Source: a candidate division FCPU426 bacterium
GTDB taxonomy: Bacteria > Oederibacteriota > Muellerivitia > Muellerivitales > Muellerivitaceae
Length of the DNA: 64,000 nt
Direction: 5' to 3'
NCBI GenBank assembly: GCA_963771075.1
Contig: CAVYSE010000025.1
Coordinates: forward strand, 74,904 to 138,903
Part shown: positions 23,340 to 33,442 of the stretch, piece after piece
Layout of the letters: each line of letters begins with the position of its first letter
Numbering within the stretch: the stretch's first letter is position 1
The notes under the pieces: model-generated
The model's database searches: none
Told to the model about the DNA's origin: nothing
Seen by the model: the letters and a program-made list of their open reading frames with translations, nothing else
Translations under genes and position numbers: made by a program

Positions 23340-23897
23340 TCAAAAAAGGTTTAATCGATCTCGACTCCGCATCAGCCTTTGTTTCATTTTTCCAGCTTGC
23401 CCAAGGACGCTCCCATCCATGCGCTGGTCTCCCAGATAAATCATCATTCCGCCGATCAAGCCCGGCTTCACTTCTTCCTTCAACTCCACCGTTAATCCGA
23501 GCATTTGGGAAAGCTTTTGGGTGAGGGCCTTTTTTTGGTCGGACGTCAGGGGCATCGCGGTCAGGACCCGGGCGACGGCCTTTCCCCGCATCTCGTAACA
23601 AAGGCTCTCGAAATGGTCCGTGACGGCCTTTAGGTGCTTGATGCGCTTCTTGGTCAAAAGCAGGCGCAGGAAGTTTTCCAGAGTGGGGGAAAGGGAACTG
23701 CCCAAGAGGGCCTTGAGAGCGTCGAGCTTTTCCTGGGCCTTCACCCGGGGGTGTTCCAGTGTGTTCTTCAATTCAGGCGAGCCTTCCAGGAGCCTTTGGA
23801 CCGCCTGCATTTCGGAAGAGAGCGTGTCCACGTTTTTTTGCTCCTGCGCGACCTGCAACAGCGCCACGGCGTACTTTTCGGCGATGACCGATTCCAT
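23340..23897 (-). CDS. atpH: ATP synthase F1 delta
   Basis: IAEKYAVAL, LIGG...GDQRMDGSV; the C-terminus looks indel-scrambled. Confidence 0.94.
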   Translation of the reverse strand: MESVIAEKYAVALLQVAQEQKNVDTLSSEMQAVQRLLEGSPELKNTLEHPRVKAQEKLDALKALLGSSLSPTLENFLRLLLTKKRIKHLKAVTDHFESLCYEMRGKAVARVLTAMPLTSDQKKALTQKLSQMLGLTVELKEEVKPGLIGGMMIYLGDQRMDGSVLGQAGKMKQRLMRSRDRLNLF

Positions 23898-23921
23898 GGG
23901 CTTTCTCCTCAGTCTCTGTAA

Positions 23922-24410
23922 TTAATTTTTCCGGGCGTTGAGGCCTTGGATGCTTTCCTGCACGATTTTTTCCTGCACCTTGCCGTCCACGCTGGCCCGG
24001 ATGATCTTCTCAGCGATCTCGACCGCCAGGGCCCCGATTTCCTGCTGCAGGGTCGCGGAGGCGACCTTACGCTCGCTCTCAATAACCTTGCGGGCGTCGG
24101 CCAGGGTCAATTCGGATTCCTTGCGCGCGGCCTGGACGATCTCGTTTTTCATGCGGTCCGCCTCTCGGCGGGCGTTCTGGAGGGTATCGGTGGTTTTTTG
24201 CTCCAAGTCCTTGATCTTTTGCTCCAGATCGGCCTTGAGCTTTTCGGCGTCTTTTTGCCTCTGTTCGGCGGTGGCCAGCTGGCCCTCGATGCGCTTTTGC
24301 CGGTCCGCCATCCAGCCCCTCAGGTAGGGCAGGAAGACCAGGGCCGACAAGAACATCCCGATCACGAAAGTCGCGAGCTGAAGCAGAAACACACTCAGGT
24401 TGAATTCCAT
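23922..24410 (-). CDS. atpF: ATP synthase Fo subunit b
   Basis: N-terminal TM plus long coiled coil; operon position. Confidence 0.93.
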   Translation of the reverse strand: MEFNLSVFLLQLATFVIGMFLSALVFLPYLRGWMADRQKRIEGQLATAEQRQKDAEKLKADLEQKIKDLEQKTTDTLQNARREADRMKNEIVQAARKESELTLADARKVIESERKVASATLQQEIGALAVEIAEKIIRASVDGKVQEKIVQESIQGLNARKN

Positions 24411-24467
24411 GGCGCACCTTCCCGGATGGGCCGGGGCTCGAGGGCCCCGGCCAGGGTGAATGGCTTC

Positions 24468-24917
<450 letters not shown>

Positions 24918-25778
24918 TTAGCCGTGCGCGCCCTCACCGGCCGCGCTTTCATGTTCCTCGTGCTCGTCATGGCTCTGCACGGCCCCGCCGATGTAGACCA
25001 TCGCCAACAGCATGAACACGAAGGCTTGAATGAAGGAAATAAACACGCCCAACACCACAATGGCGACACGCAACAGGAAGGGGAAGGAGGACATGATCTT
25101 GAACAGCGGAGCCCCATTCCAGAAAAAGAGCACCAGGATGATGCAGACCCCCAGGACCTTTTCCTTGCCCATCATGTTGCCGAACAAACGCATGGTGAGC
25201 GAGACGGGCTTGATCAGCTCGCCCGCGATGTGGATCAGGGGCATCATCAGGCAGAGGGCGAAATAGATGAAGTTCATCATCAACTTCAGGGCCAGGGGCG
25301 ATTTGGGGTCGGCCGAGACCTTGGGGGGAAGGAAGTGGGCCATGTACTTCAAGAGGCCCTTTTCCTTAATGCCCCAGATGTGGGTGGAACAAAAGACGAT
25401 CAAGGCCATGCCGACGTTCATATCCACCCGGCTCGTGGGCGACACCAGGCCCGGAATGAGCCCCATGAGGTTGCAAAAGAAGATGAAGAAGAACAGGTAA
25501 AAGAAGAGGGGGAAGAAAAACTCGGCGTGCTTGCCCACGATGGGGTCGGCCAGGTCCTTCACGAAATCGATGGACAGCTCGAAAAAGTTCTGGAGGCCGG
25601 TGGGCACCAGCTTCAGGTTGCGGCGGGCCAAGAGGAACAGGACCAGCAGGAGGCAGAAAACGAAAAGGGCTACGGTGGAGACGTTGATGAGGTTGTCGAA
25701 GCCTAAAAATTGGCCGTGAACCGAGAGCGGGCTTTCTGCGGTTTCGATTCCGGGGATAGGGTTGTCAGCTGCTGCCAT
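24918..25778 (-). CDS. atpB: ATP synthase Fo subunit a
   Basis: NLMGLIPG..SPT, PVSLTMRLFGN, IQAFVF.LL...YI. Confidence 0.96.
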   Translation of the reverse strand: MAAADNPIPGIETAESPLSVHGQFLGFDNLINVSTVALFVFCLLLVLFLLARRNLKLVPTGLQNFFELSIDFVKDLADPIVGKHAEFFFPLFFYLFFFIFFCNLMGLIPGLVSPTSRVDMNVGMALIVFCSTHIWGIKEKGLLKYMAHFLPPKVSADPKSPLALKLMMNFIYFALCLMMPLIHIAGELIKPVSLTMRLFGNMMGKEKVLGVCIILVLFFWNGAPLFKIMSSFPFLLRVAIVVLGVFISFIQAFVFMLLAMVYIGGAVQSHDEHEEHESAAGEGAHG

Positions 25779-25958
25779 TCGCAGGGCCTTTCACAATTCG
25801 ATTCAACGAAAGGGCGAAAGAAGGGAGTTGTCGAAAAACTTTCGGCAAGTTTTTCAGGGCGTTGATAAGTGAATTCGCGCTCAATGTTCAACTTTCCCCA
25901 ATACAAAATCAAGTGAAAAACTCGGACGATCGAAGACAGTTTCGGAAGATGATCCAGG

Positions 25959-26357
25959 TCATGTTTTTTTTCCGACCCAACTCAAGACAAGAAGAAACCA
26001 AAAATACCCGGCAAGTGCCCCCAACAAACAAAAGTCTGATATTTGAACGAGGCCCCAGCAAACCAGGGCGACCAGGAACCACCGAAGCAGGTTCCACAGC
26101 AAGACCGGGCCTCCTCCCTTGCGAGATCCGCTGTGAAGAATTTTACCGGAGATCCAGCGCAGGGAGAAAAGGTTCAAAGAGGATAAAATTCCGCCCAAAA
26201 AAAGTCCAAGACTCAAATCCGTTTTTTGGAACAAAAAATAAATCAAGGCCGCCGCAAGGGTACAACCCAAAACAGTGCGCGAGGATACCGAAAGGGACAG
26301 GCGGAAAGAAAGGTCCGAAGAAGATTTTTCCTTGAGGTCGGACGGGGGAAGGGTCAT
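25959..26357 (-). CDS. atpI: ATP synthase protein I
   Basis: Four-TM protein upstream of atpB; ATGA-coupled to the AtpZ-like gene. Confidence 0.75.
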   Translation of the reverse strand: MTLPPSDLKEKSSSDLSFRLSLSVSSRTVLGCTLAAALIYFLFQKTDLSLGLFLGGILSSLNLFSLRWISGKILHSGSRKGGGPVLLWNLLRWFLVALVCWGLVQISDFCLLGALAGYFWFLLVLSWVGKKT

Positions 26358-26593
26358 GGTTTGGGAGGATTTTTGGGGGGCAGTGAAATTTCCCGGACAT
26401 CGGCGATCATTAGGTAATAACTGGCAAAGATGCCCACCAGCAGCCCCGCGATGATGACCCAGGCGCCCCAGTGCAAATAGCGGTTCAAGAGCCAGCCAGC
26501 CCCCGCGCCTAGGAAGGTGGTCAGGACGAAGTTGATCCCGAGGGTGGAGAGTCGTAGAAGATTGGCGCTGGTGGATAGTTTTCCCTTGTCCAT
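26354..26593 (-). CDS. AtpZ/AtpI family two-TM protein
   Basis: LG...V......G.G.GW.L.......W..I.GLL.G pattern at the head of the atp operon. Confidence 0.8.
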   Translation of the reverse strand: MDKGKLSTSANLLRLSTLGINFVLTTFLGAGAGWLLNRYLHWGAWVIIAGLLVGIFASYYLMIADVREISLPPKNPPKP

Positions 26594-26835
26594 TTGCCTT
26601 CCTTATCAATGTGAAACGCCGCCTTGATGTAGATGCCCTGCGGAGGCAGGAGGGACTCCACTTTGGCCCTTTCCTCTTTGACAATGACCAGACCCAGGCC
26701 GCAATCGTCCTGGATGTCCCGGGGCCGGGGAATCAGTTTGAAGCGCATCCGCCGATCCTTCATGAGGGATTCGGCGTGCATGGTCTCATGGGTGGTGTGA
26801 AACAGGAGAATGAAGTGGGCTTCGGTCAGGGCCAT
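26521..26835 (-). CDS. DUF3343 family protein
   Basis: F.TTH..M.AE..., LIP.PR.I..DCGL motif. Confidence 0.75.
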   Translation of the reverse strand: MALTEAHFILLFHTTHETMHAESLMKDRRMRFKLIPRPRDIQDDCGLGLVIVKEERAKVESLLPPQGIYIKAAFHIDKEGKWTRENYPPAPIFYDSPPSGSTSS

Positions 26836-26905
26836 GCGGCCCTTCGGGGATGGAGGGGAGGACACCCTGCCTCCTTTTTATTCTATAAATCAGCTGCAAA
26901 CCAAG

Positions 26906-27015
26906 ATCCAACACGAAGACACGAAGAGGTTATTTTGAATAAATTTGGGAAGTATTTAACCCTCTCCAAAGAATGCTTGCGATTTACTTTGCGGCTTAGC
27001 CGCTTCGTGTTGGAT
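26906..27015. repeat. Intergenic palindromic element with 8-bp units (copy B)
   Basis: 13-bp perfect inverted repeat ATCCAACACGAAG/CTTCGTGTTGGAT; ACACGAAG tandem. Confidence 0.7.
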
Positions 27016-27022
27016 TTAGGTT

Positions 27023-27523
27023 TTAACCCTCACTGCCGCCGTGGAGGTCCCGGAAATCCTTGGGGCTCAAATGCTCCAGGAACTTCTTGAAGTCACTCAT
27101 TTCTTCTTTGTATTTTTCTTTGTCGGGGATGGTGGCATTCACCACCACCTTTTCCGCCACGAAAATGGGGGAGCCGGTCCTCAGGGCCAGGGCGATGGCA
27201 TCCGAGGGGCGGGAGTCCACATCCAGTTTCTGGCCCGTTTCGATGATCTCTAACAGGATCCGGGCAAAAAAGGTGTTCTGGTTGATGTCGTTGACAACTA
27301 CCTTGACCACTTTCGCCCCCAGGTTATCGATGACATTCTTCAAAAGATCGTGGGTCATGGGGCGGGGCAGGGTCTGCTCATTGAGTTGGATAAAGATAGC
27401 CGTTGCCTCGGGCACTCCGATCCAGATGGGCAAATAGCGCTTCTCATCGTCGTCGGTCAGGATGACCGCCGGCGTTTTGAGGTTGGGATCCACCGCGATA
27501 CCGCGGACTTTCATTTCAATCAT
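27023..27523 (-). CDS. Bifunctional nuclease family protein (DUF151)
   Basis: LPIWIG..EA, PRPMTHDL, DSRPSDAIALA; GGAG RBS. Confidence 0.92.
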   Translation of the reverse strand: MIEMKVRGIAVDPNLKTPAVILTDDDEKRYLPIWIGVPEATAIFIQLNEQTLPRPMTHDLLKNVIDNLGAKVVKVVVNDINQNTFFARILLEIIETGQKLDVDSRPSDAIALALRTGSPIFVAEKVVVNATIPDKEKYKEEMSDFKKFLEHLSPKDFRDLHGGSEG

Positions 27524-27684
27524 GAACTTTACTCCGTTTGATTCAAGCTTCTTTATGGATGATTCATCATGGGGCTCGGCATCACATGTTTCAAGGGAAG
27601 GGCCAGCATTGGCGAGAGACCCATCGAACGGGCGGATTATAGCCTCCCTACCCCACCCATGCAATGTCACGAAAAGAGGCAAAA

Positions 27685-28254
27685 TTATTTTTTTTGTGTG
27701 TCCGCCTCGCTGAAAACCTGGGCCTCAAAGGCCGATAATTCGACCTTCTCATGCCATGCGTCGGGCGGTAGCCCGGCCTTCACGCAGGTCTGGGAAATAA
27801 ATTCTTCCCGGTCCATGCGGTACTCGGTGGCCACCTGTGGCAAAAGCAGGCCCGACCGGTGGCCCTTGCTCACGATCAGGCCGTGTACGCCCACCTTGAC
27901 CTTGGAAGGCTCTATTTTTTTGGGAACAGTCAACACGGATATTTCGACCTCAATGGCGGAAAACTCCTCCTGCAACAGGGGCGGAAACCGAGGATCCTGG
28001 AACGCCGCGCTGTTGGCTGCCTCCTGTACTGCTTCCACCAGGGGTTTGATGGGATAGGGCAGGCCGATACAACCTCTCAAACCGTCTGCGGACCACAGGG
28101 TCACGAAGACCCCACGCTTCTCTCGCAAGATGGGAGAAAGGGATTCCACCGGCGGCAGGCGCCTTCCCTTTTGCAGAGTTGTACGGATGGCGTTTCGGGC
28201 CAGTTGAAGGAGGAATTTTTGATCTTCAACACCAAGCATCTCGTTTGGGTTCAA
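27685..28254 (-). CDS. amrA: AmmeMemoRadiSam system protein A (AMMECR1 domain)
   Basis: GVFVTL, LRGCIG, DPRF, GLLLPQVA, KAGL. Confidence 0.92.
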   Translation of the reverse strand: MNPNEMLGVEDQKFLLQLARNAIRTTLQKGRRLPPVESLSPILREKRGVFVTLWSADGLRGCIGLPYPIKPLVEAVQEAANSAAFQDPRFPPLLQEEFSAIEVEISVLTVPKKIEPSKVKVGVHGLIVSKGHRSGLLLPQVATEYRMDREEFISQTCVKAGLPPDAWHEKVELSAFEAQVFSEADTQKK

Positions 28255-28276
28255 CTAACGACTCCTTTTACTTATC

Positions 28277-28424
28277 TGTCATTGCGACGACTGGCAGCCG
28301 AATAGGCGGACGAAAACGAGGAAGCAATCCCAGTTTAAATACCCCTTTACCCACCAACGCGAACGGCGAACTGGGATCGCCACGTCGCAAATCATCCCTA
28401 TCGGGATTGCTCCTCGCGATGACA
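28277..28424. repeat. Palindromic REP/MITE-like element (GTCATTGCGA...TCGCGATGAC type)
   Basis: Terminal IR TGTCATTGCGA/TCGCGATGACA (10/11 match); internal GCAATCCCAGTT/AACTGGGATCGC. Confidence 0.75.
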
Positions 28425-28446
28425 ATTTAAAGAGGTTTAAATTTTT

Positions 28447-29283
28447 TCATCGGCAAAAAGCCACAGCCCCATAACCTACCACCCGATCCATTTCACCTGT
28501 CACATCCCCTGAGTTTCGGTAGCAAAGCAGTTCCGCCTTTGCGCCCTGTTCCTTGGCCCATTTCACCAGAACTGAAACCGGCTCCGAGCCGCAGTGGGTG
28601 CAGTGGTAATCGGTATATCCCCGGCCCATGATTTCTTTGTCCGTTTTCTCAATCTTTTTCTCGTCCCCAGTCAGTAGGGCGTCCAAGAACTGCCGGTCCG
28701 CCTTCTTGGCGGTGGAATAATCCGGGTAATGGGATAGGTCGGAGGAAGCAACCAGCACGAAAGGTTTTTCCTTCCCCAGCCGTTTGAGTCCCCTCAACAA
28801 GGGGTCCACCGCAGTGGCCTTTCCCTGCCCCATGATCACAGGAACCACCTTCGCCCCGGGCAAGAAAGTTTGGATGAGGGGAAAATGCACTTCCACCGAA
28901 TGTTCCCTGGCGTAGGCGGGCTGGAAGTCGCCCAGGTTTTCGTCCGCCTCTTCCAGGATCCGGCAGGCTTCCTGATCCACCGCCAGGTCCCCGAGGGGAG
29001 TCAGCACCGCCTCCCCCGAAAAAAGAGCGCAACCCTTAAAGGCCATGTAATGGCTGGGGCCGGCGACAACGATGGTGTCGGGATGAAAGGGTGCCAGGGC
29101 CCGGTAGCCCATGGCCGCCACCGATCCCGAATAAACATAACCCGCGTGGGGCAGGAGAAGCCCGACGGGTTCCCCGGATAATTTGGAAGCTTCCCCCTCC
29201 TTTAGAAAATCACCCAGCATCCTCTGGAGCATGAGAGTTTTTCCGGGGTAGAAGGAACCGGCCACGACCGGCTGGAGTTTCAT
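28447..29283 (-). CDS. amrB: AmmeMemoRadiSam system protein B (MEMO1 family)
   Basis: PVVAGSFYP, PHAGYVYSG, GPSH, EHSVEV, SSDLSHY, NSGD, VVGY. Confidence 0.93.
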   Translation of the reverse strand: MKLQPVVAGSFYPGKTLMLQRMLGDFLKEGEASKLSGEPVGLLLPHAGYVYSGSVAAMGYRALAPFHPDTIVVAGPSHYMAFKGCALFSGEAVLTPLGDLAVDQEACRILEEADENLGDFQPAYAREHSVEVHFPLIQTFLPGAKVVPVIMGQGKATAVDPLLRGLKRLGKEKPFVLVASSDLSHYPDYSTAKKADRQFLDALLTGDEKKIEKTDKEIMGRGYTDYHCTHCGSEPVSVLVKWAKEQGAKAELLCYRNSGDVTGEMDRVVGYGAVAFCR

Positions 29284-29335
29284 GGGGCTATTTTAACGAA
29301 AGGATTTATTTGGGAGGCGGGGAAAAACTGTTTTC

Positions 29336-29911
29336 TTAATGCGCCTTGGTCATCTTGATAATGCGGTCCCTGGTATAGGGCCAGGCCCCATCGGGTATGA
29401 CCGACAAGGAACCCGCCGTAAACATGGAAGTTTCCAGGGGTACCCAAGTTTTGTGGGATGCATAGCTGGCTTTCAAGGGAAGATCCATGGGAACGGGCAG
29501 CTGATAAACCCTTACCAGGAACAGGTAAACCCCCTGCCACTCGCCCTCATAGAACCTTTTTTCAACAGCCTCATCGCTCATGACCGTGAATGGGGCCAAT
29601 CCCTTGCAGATCTCCCATTCGGTGATCTTTTCGACCTTCTCGCCGATTCCCAATAAGCGGAAATGAATCCGTTTCGGGTCTTTGTTCTCTTTTTCGATCG
29701 TCGCGATTCGGGGACGCCAGTCGGACTTGATGTTTTTGGGCGTCTCATGCTCAAAGGTCGGAAAAAGGAAGAATTCAGGGTGTTCGGGCTTGAACCCTTC
29801 CCCCTCTTCCACGATTCCGTCTTTCAATAAAAGAAGGGTTTGCTTCCCTTCTTCCAGGGCTTTCAAGACGACCGCCCATTCCTTGAGCGCGACATTATTC
29901 TGAAGTTTCAT
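29336..29911 (-). CDS. DUF1802 family protein
   Basis: ALKEWA....L.EG.QTLLL..GI.E and F.LFPT.EH motifs. Confidence 0.75.
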   Translation of the reverse strand: MKLQNNVALKEWAVVLKALEEGKQTLLLLKDGIVEEGEGFKPEHPEFFLFPTFEHETPKNIKSDWRPRIATIEKENKDPKRIHFRLLGIGEKVEKITEWEICKGLAPFTVMSDEAVEKRFYEGEWQGVYLFLVRVYQLPVPMDLPLKASYASHKTWVPLETSMFTAGSLSVIPDGAWPYTRDRIIKMTKAH

Positions 29912-29964
29912 GGGAATTCGATTATGTGGATTTCAACATAAACTTTCAAGCGTTAAAGGGAAGC

Positions 29965-30834
29965 CTAAGCGAGGGCCAAAAGAACGATCCCGAAAACCAC
30001 CAGCAATGTCCCGCCGAATACCTTGGGTCCCTGCGATAACGGCAGTTCCTTGAAAACAAAGAGCGACCAGGCGGCATAAACCAGGGCGTTTGAATTGATG
30101 ATGGGGACCGCCCGCGCCAATCCCAACTCCCCGATGGCCGCCAAAAAGAAAGTCGTGCCCAAAGTCCAAAGAACCGCGGTTCCCAAACCCAATCGCGTAT
30201 CTTTCCAATCGAATTTCGGTTTCGAGAAACATAATCCCAGGATCAAACCGGCCAAGGAGCCTCCCAACATCAGACCGCTGAGGCAATCCAAGGAACCCAT
30301 CGACGATTCGGGCCTGAAAGTTTGGAGGGCCTTGACGGGGGTGAAATAGGTACCCCAAAAAACGCTGGCCAAACAGCTGTAAAAAATTCCTTTTTTTAGG
30401 TCGCCTTCCTTGGAAGGCGTCGCGGAAGCCTTGGAAACCCACCAGGCCCCCAAAAAGAGAAGAATGCCCCCCGACAGGATCAATCCATAGGCCCGCAACC
30501 CTTTCGCTTCATGAAAGAGGGCCAGCCCCAAGGCTATATTAAAGAAGGAGTTGAAATTGAAGACGACCGCCGCCTTGGCCATACTGATCTCTCCCAAAGC
30601 CAAATTGCCAAAACACTGGCCCAAGGCCCAGATCAAACCCGCGCCAACCGTACCCCAAAACCAAATCGGGTGATTCCAAAGATTCTGTAAGGAGGAGCCC
30701 CGAAAAATCAAAAAGGCCATCATCCCCAAGGCCATGTAAGGGAAAAAAGCCAGGCCCTTGTTCTGTGAAAAACGCGCGGGGACGAGGTAACTGCCGATGC
30801 AGAAAAAAGCCCCCAGCGCGTATAAATATCCCAT
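29965..30834 (-). CDS. DMT-superfamily sugar transporter (GlcU/GRP-like)
   Basis: About 10 TM helices in two repeats; G.IWA.G, FWGTYF.P, G.A.A.PI. Confidence 0.7.
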   Translation of the reverse strand: MGYLYALGAFFCIGSYLVPARFSQNKGLAFFPYMALGMMAFLIFRGSSLQNLWNHPIWFWGTVGAGLIWALGQCFGNLALGEISMAKAAVVFNFNSFFNIALGLALFHEAKGLRAYGLILSGGILLFLGAWWVSKASATPSKEGDLKKGIFYSCLASVFWGTYFTPVKALQTFRPESSMGSLDCLSGLMLGGSLAGLILGLCFSKPKFDWKDTRLGLGTAVLWTLGTTFFLAAIGELGLARAVPIINSNALVYAAWSLFVFKELPLSQGPKVFGGTLLVVFGIVLLALA

Positions 30835-30860
30835 TAATCAATTCCTTTTAAACACCCATG

Positions 30861-30957
30861 TCTAACGCAAAGCCGCAAAGGCCGCCAAGAAAGTTTTAGT
30901 GTTTAACCCCAATTATGTTTTTGCTTTTACTTTGCGTCTTGGCGTCTTTGCGTTGGA
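30861..30957. repeat. Intergenic palindromic element with 8-bp units (copy C)
   Basis: ACGCAAAG CCGCAAAG ... CTTTGCGT CTTGGCGT CTTTGCGT TGGA. Confidence 0.7.
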
Positions 30958-30983
30958 TGTTGTCTTTAGCCGTTCGTCGTGGC

Positions 30984-32333
30984 TTAAACCGGCGACAGGG
31001 TAGCAGATACCTTACGGAGTAGGAAGAAATTCAAAATCCTCAGCATCCCCAACAGTACCAGCAAAGCTACTGGCGACACGTGGCCGTAGAGGAAGGCCCC
31101 AAGGAACCCGAAAGCCGCGTTGCTCAGCTTGATCAGGGAATAGGTGGCCGCCACCACCTTGGCCCTTTCCTTTTCTTCGATGATGTTCATCCACACCGCG
31201 GCAGTGACCGTGTTGTACATGGCCCCCGCCACGGCCCCCAGGCCCGCGCTGGCCAGGGCGAAAAGAAGCACGTTTTCTGAACCTCGAGAGACCAGGAGCA
31301 ATACCCCAACCGAGCAAAGCCAGAATAATTGGTCAAAGCCCAACAACCCGACCACTTTTTGTTCGTTCAAATTGGGAATGACGATGAACAGGAACAAGCT
31401 CGCTACATAGGCCGAGACCAGGGGCAACACCGAAAGATAAGAATCCTTCAACCCCAGGTAGTTCACAATATAAAGGGAGGAATAAACTCCCCAAACTGCG
31501 ATGATTCCTTCATCGATGAACTTCGAGAAAAGAAATACCTTCGAACCCTTTTGTTGAAAATACACCTTCATGGATTTCCGATATTGATACCAGGCCCCTT
31601 GGAGGGCGGAGCCCCAGGTGTCGGCTTTCTTCTCGAATATGAGCGAAGGCGGTAGGTACTTCCACCTTAGGAAAATCCCCACCGCGATCATGAAGGTCAT
31701 GAACCAGTACATCTCGTGGTTGGCTTGCAGAAAGCCCCTTTTGGATATCCAGACCCCGCCAATGAGGGAAAGGAACATTAGTGACGGCATCATATTGACC
31801 AGTTGAAGAACGGTGATGACCGACGCCTTTTTGGAATTCTCAACATTTTCAACGACGAGGGACTGGTAAGGTGGGGTTGAGCCGGCGTTGGTGGCGAGAA
31901 AACAAATGGCCGCCAGGCACCACCATTTGCTATCCGCCAGCGCCAGTGAAAAACAATAACCGCCCCAACTCAATATATCGAAAAAGATCAGGGTCTTCTT
32001 GCGTCCCCACACATCAGAAAGATAACCCCCCAGAAAGTAACCAACAGGGCTTATCACTGGCAGAAGGGTCTGGTATATCCCGATCTCGGTGTTGGACAAT
32101 CCCAACTTTACCATATAGAGGCTGGTGTATTGGGAGAGCATGACGATGGGGATGACCCACAGTACCCCGGCATAAATGGTGACGGCCTGCACGGGTGCCA
32201 GGTCCGCGAACATTTGCCCAACTTTCTGGCCCTGCCGCCCCAAGAGGTCGATGGGTTTTTTGAGGAGCAGTTCGTAACCTTCTTCGCCTGCGTCAAGAAG
32301 CGAAGTCAGGAATGAGATGAACGGCTGGAACAT
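30984..32333 (-). CDS. MFS transporter
   Basis: Motif A GGYLSDVWGRKK; about 12 TM helices. Confidence 0.88.
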   Translation of the reverse strand: MFQPFISFLTSLLDAGEEGYELLLKKPIDLLGRQGQKVGQMFADLAPVQAVTIYAGVLWVIPIVMLSQYTSLYMVKLGLSNTEIGIYQTLLPVISPVGYFLGGYLSDVWGRKKTLIFFDILSWGGYCFSLALADSKWWCLAAICFLATNAGSTPPYQSLVVENVENSKKASVITVLQLVNMMPSLMFLSLIGGVWISKRGFLQANHEMYWFMTFMIAVGIFLRWKYLPPSLIFEKKADTWGSALQGAWYQYRKSMKVYFQQKGSKVFLFSKFIDEGIIAVWGVYSSLYIVNYLGLKDSYLSVLPLVSAYVASLFLFIVIPNLNEQKVVGLLGFDQLFWLCSVGVLLLVSRGSENVLLFALASAGLGAVAGAMYNTVTAAVWMNIIEEKERAKVVAATYSLIKLSNAAFGFLGAFLYGHVSPVALLVLLGMLRILNFFLLRKVSATLSPV

Positions 32334-32459
32334 GGAAGTCCTAGGGTCGAAATGAAAGGGAGCATTTTAACAGGTCGGGAAAAAACACAAGCCGGCAATT
32401 GGGTCAGGAAAAGGCGGGGAAAACGCTTTTATCGATTCGCGAAGAGAAACAAACCCGTT

Positions 32460-33272
32460 CTATTTCGTGTCCTTGGGGGTAATGGTCAGCTTGTAATTCC
32501 CCGGCTTACCGAACATGCCATAAACCACGGCATAAAAGACTTGGCCGGGCGAGGAAGTCTCCACCGCCTGGATCGGATCATTGTCGTAGGAAATGGCGAC
32601 TAACTCGAATAATTCGTTGTAAACCTCCAGACGGTAGTTGTCCTGTTCATAGATGGGGTTCGGCTTCCCGATAATGCCGGAGTAACAATCCAGCACGACC
32701 ATGAAAGCGGTGGTGGAAGAAAACGAATAGACCCCCACGTCCAGGTCGGTGGTTGCGGTTTTGGGGTCGATCTTGTAAGCCTGAACTTGGGCCGGGTCCG
32801 TGACATTGGCCAACTGCCTCAGGCTGCCTTGCACCTGGAGGCCTGGGGATTCCAACGCGCCCAGGTTCTGGGCGGTGGCGAAGGTGTTGTTGGTCCCCGA
32901 TTCCGCCACGACCGTTGAAAGGGATGGGGCGTTGCAAATGGGCTTGGCCTCGGGAGCAACGGGCGGGGGAGGGGGGGCGGGTTTCTTTGGCGGCGGGGCC
33001 GTGACATGTTTTTTGGCCGTTTTCTTTTTCTTATGAACAGGCGCGGGTGTCGGGGTGGGGATCGGGGTCGGGGTAGAAGTGAATGTGGGCGTGGAGGTTG
33101 GGGTGATAGAAGGGGTTAGGGTCGGCGTGACGGTTTCTGTCGGGGTAAAAGTTGTGGTTGGTGTAAAGGTGGGGGTCGCGAACCACAGGATTGGATTGGG
33201 ACCCTTCTCCCCCGCCATGTAAACGGCGGCCAGCACGATAAGCAGAAAGAGGATAAATAAGAATTTCTTCAC
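32460..33272 (-). CDS. Membrane-anchored or secreted protein with Thr-Pro repeat linker
   Basis: GTG start, N-terminal TM, (TP)n tract, Lys/Pro-rich segment, C-terminal beta-rich domain. Confidence 0.75.
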   Translation of the reverse strand: MKKFLFILFLLIVLAAVYMAGEKGPNPILWFATPTFTPTTTFTPTETVTPTLTPSITPTSTPTFTSTPTPIPTPTPAPVHKKKKTAKKHVTAPPPKKPAPPPPPVAPEAKPICNAPSLSTVVAESGTNNTFATAQNLGALESPGLQVQGSLRQLANVTDPAQVQAYKIDPKTATTDLDVGVYSFSSTTAFMVVLDCYSGIIGKPNPIYEQDNYRLEVYNELFELVAISYDNDPIQAVETSSPGQVFYAVVYGMFGKPGNYKLTITPKDTK

Positions 33273-33369
33273 ATCCGCTCCCCGGCTTGATTTAACCTTC
33301 GTCATTATAGCCAATGGGACGGATCGAATAGAAATTAAGCCTGTTCATACGTCAAAGAGGCTCAAAATC

Positions 33370-33402
33370 AAAAAAGCCCCAAGGTTTTATGCCCTGGGGC
33401 TT
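33370..33402 (-). terminator. Intrinsic terminator
   Basis: AAGCCCCAGGG...CCTTGGGGCTTTTTT on the minus strand. Confidence 0.7.
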
Positions 33403-33442
33403 GGGGAAATGTTTCGGATTAAGAATCTAACAAAACACAATA

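Noticed and set aside
33040..33180. CRISPR array or DNA tandem repeat
   Set aside because: The periodicity comes from Thr-Pro codons within a CDS; no repeat-spacer array was seen anywhere in the window.
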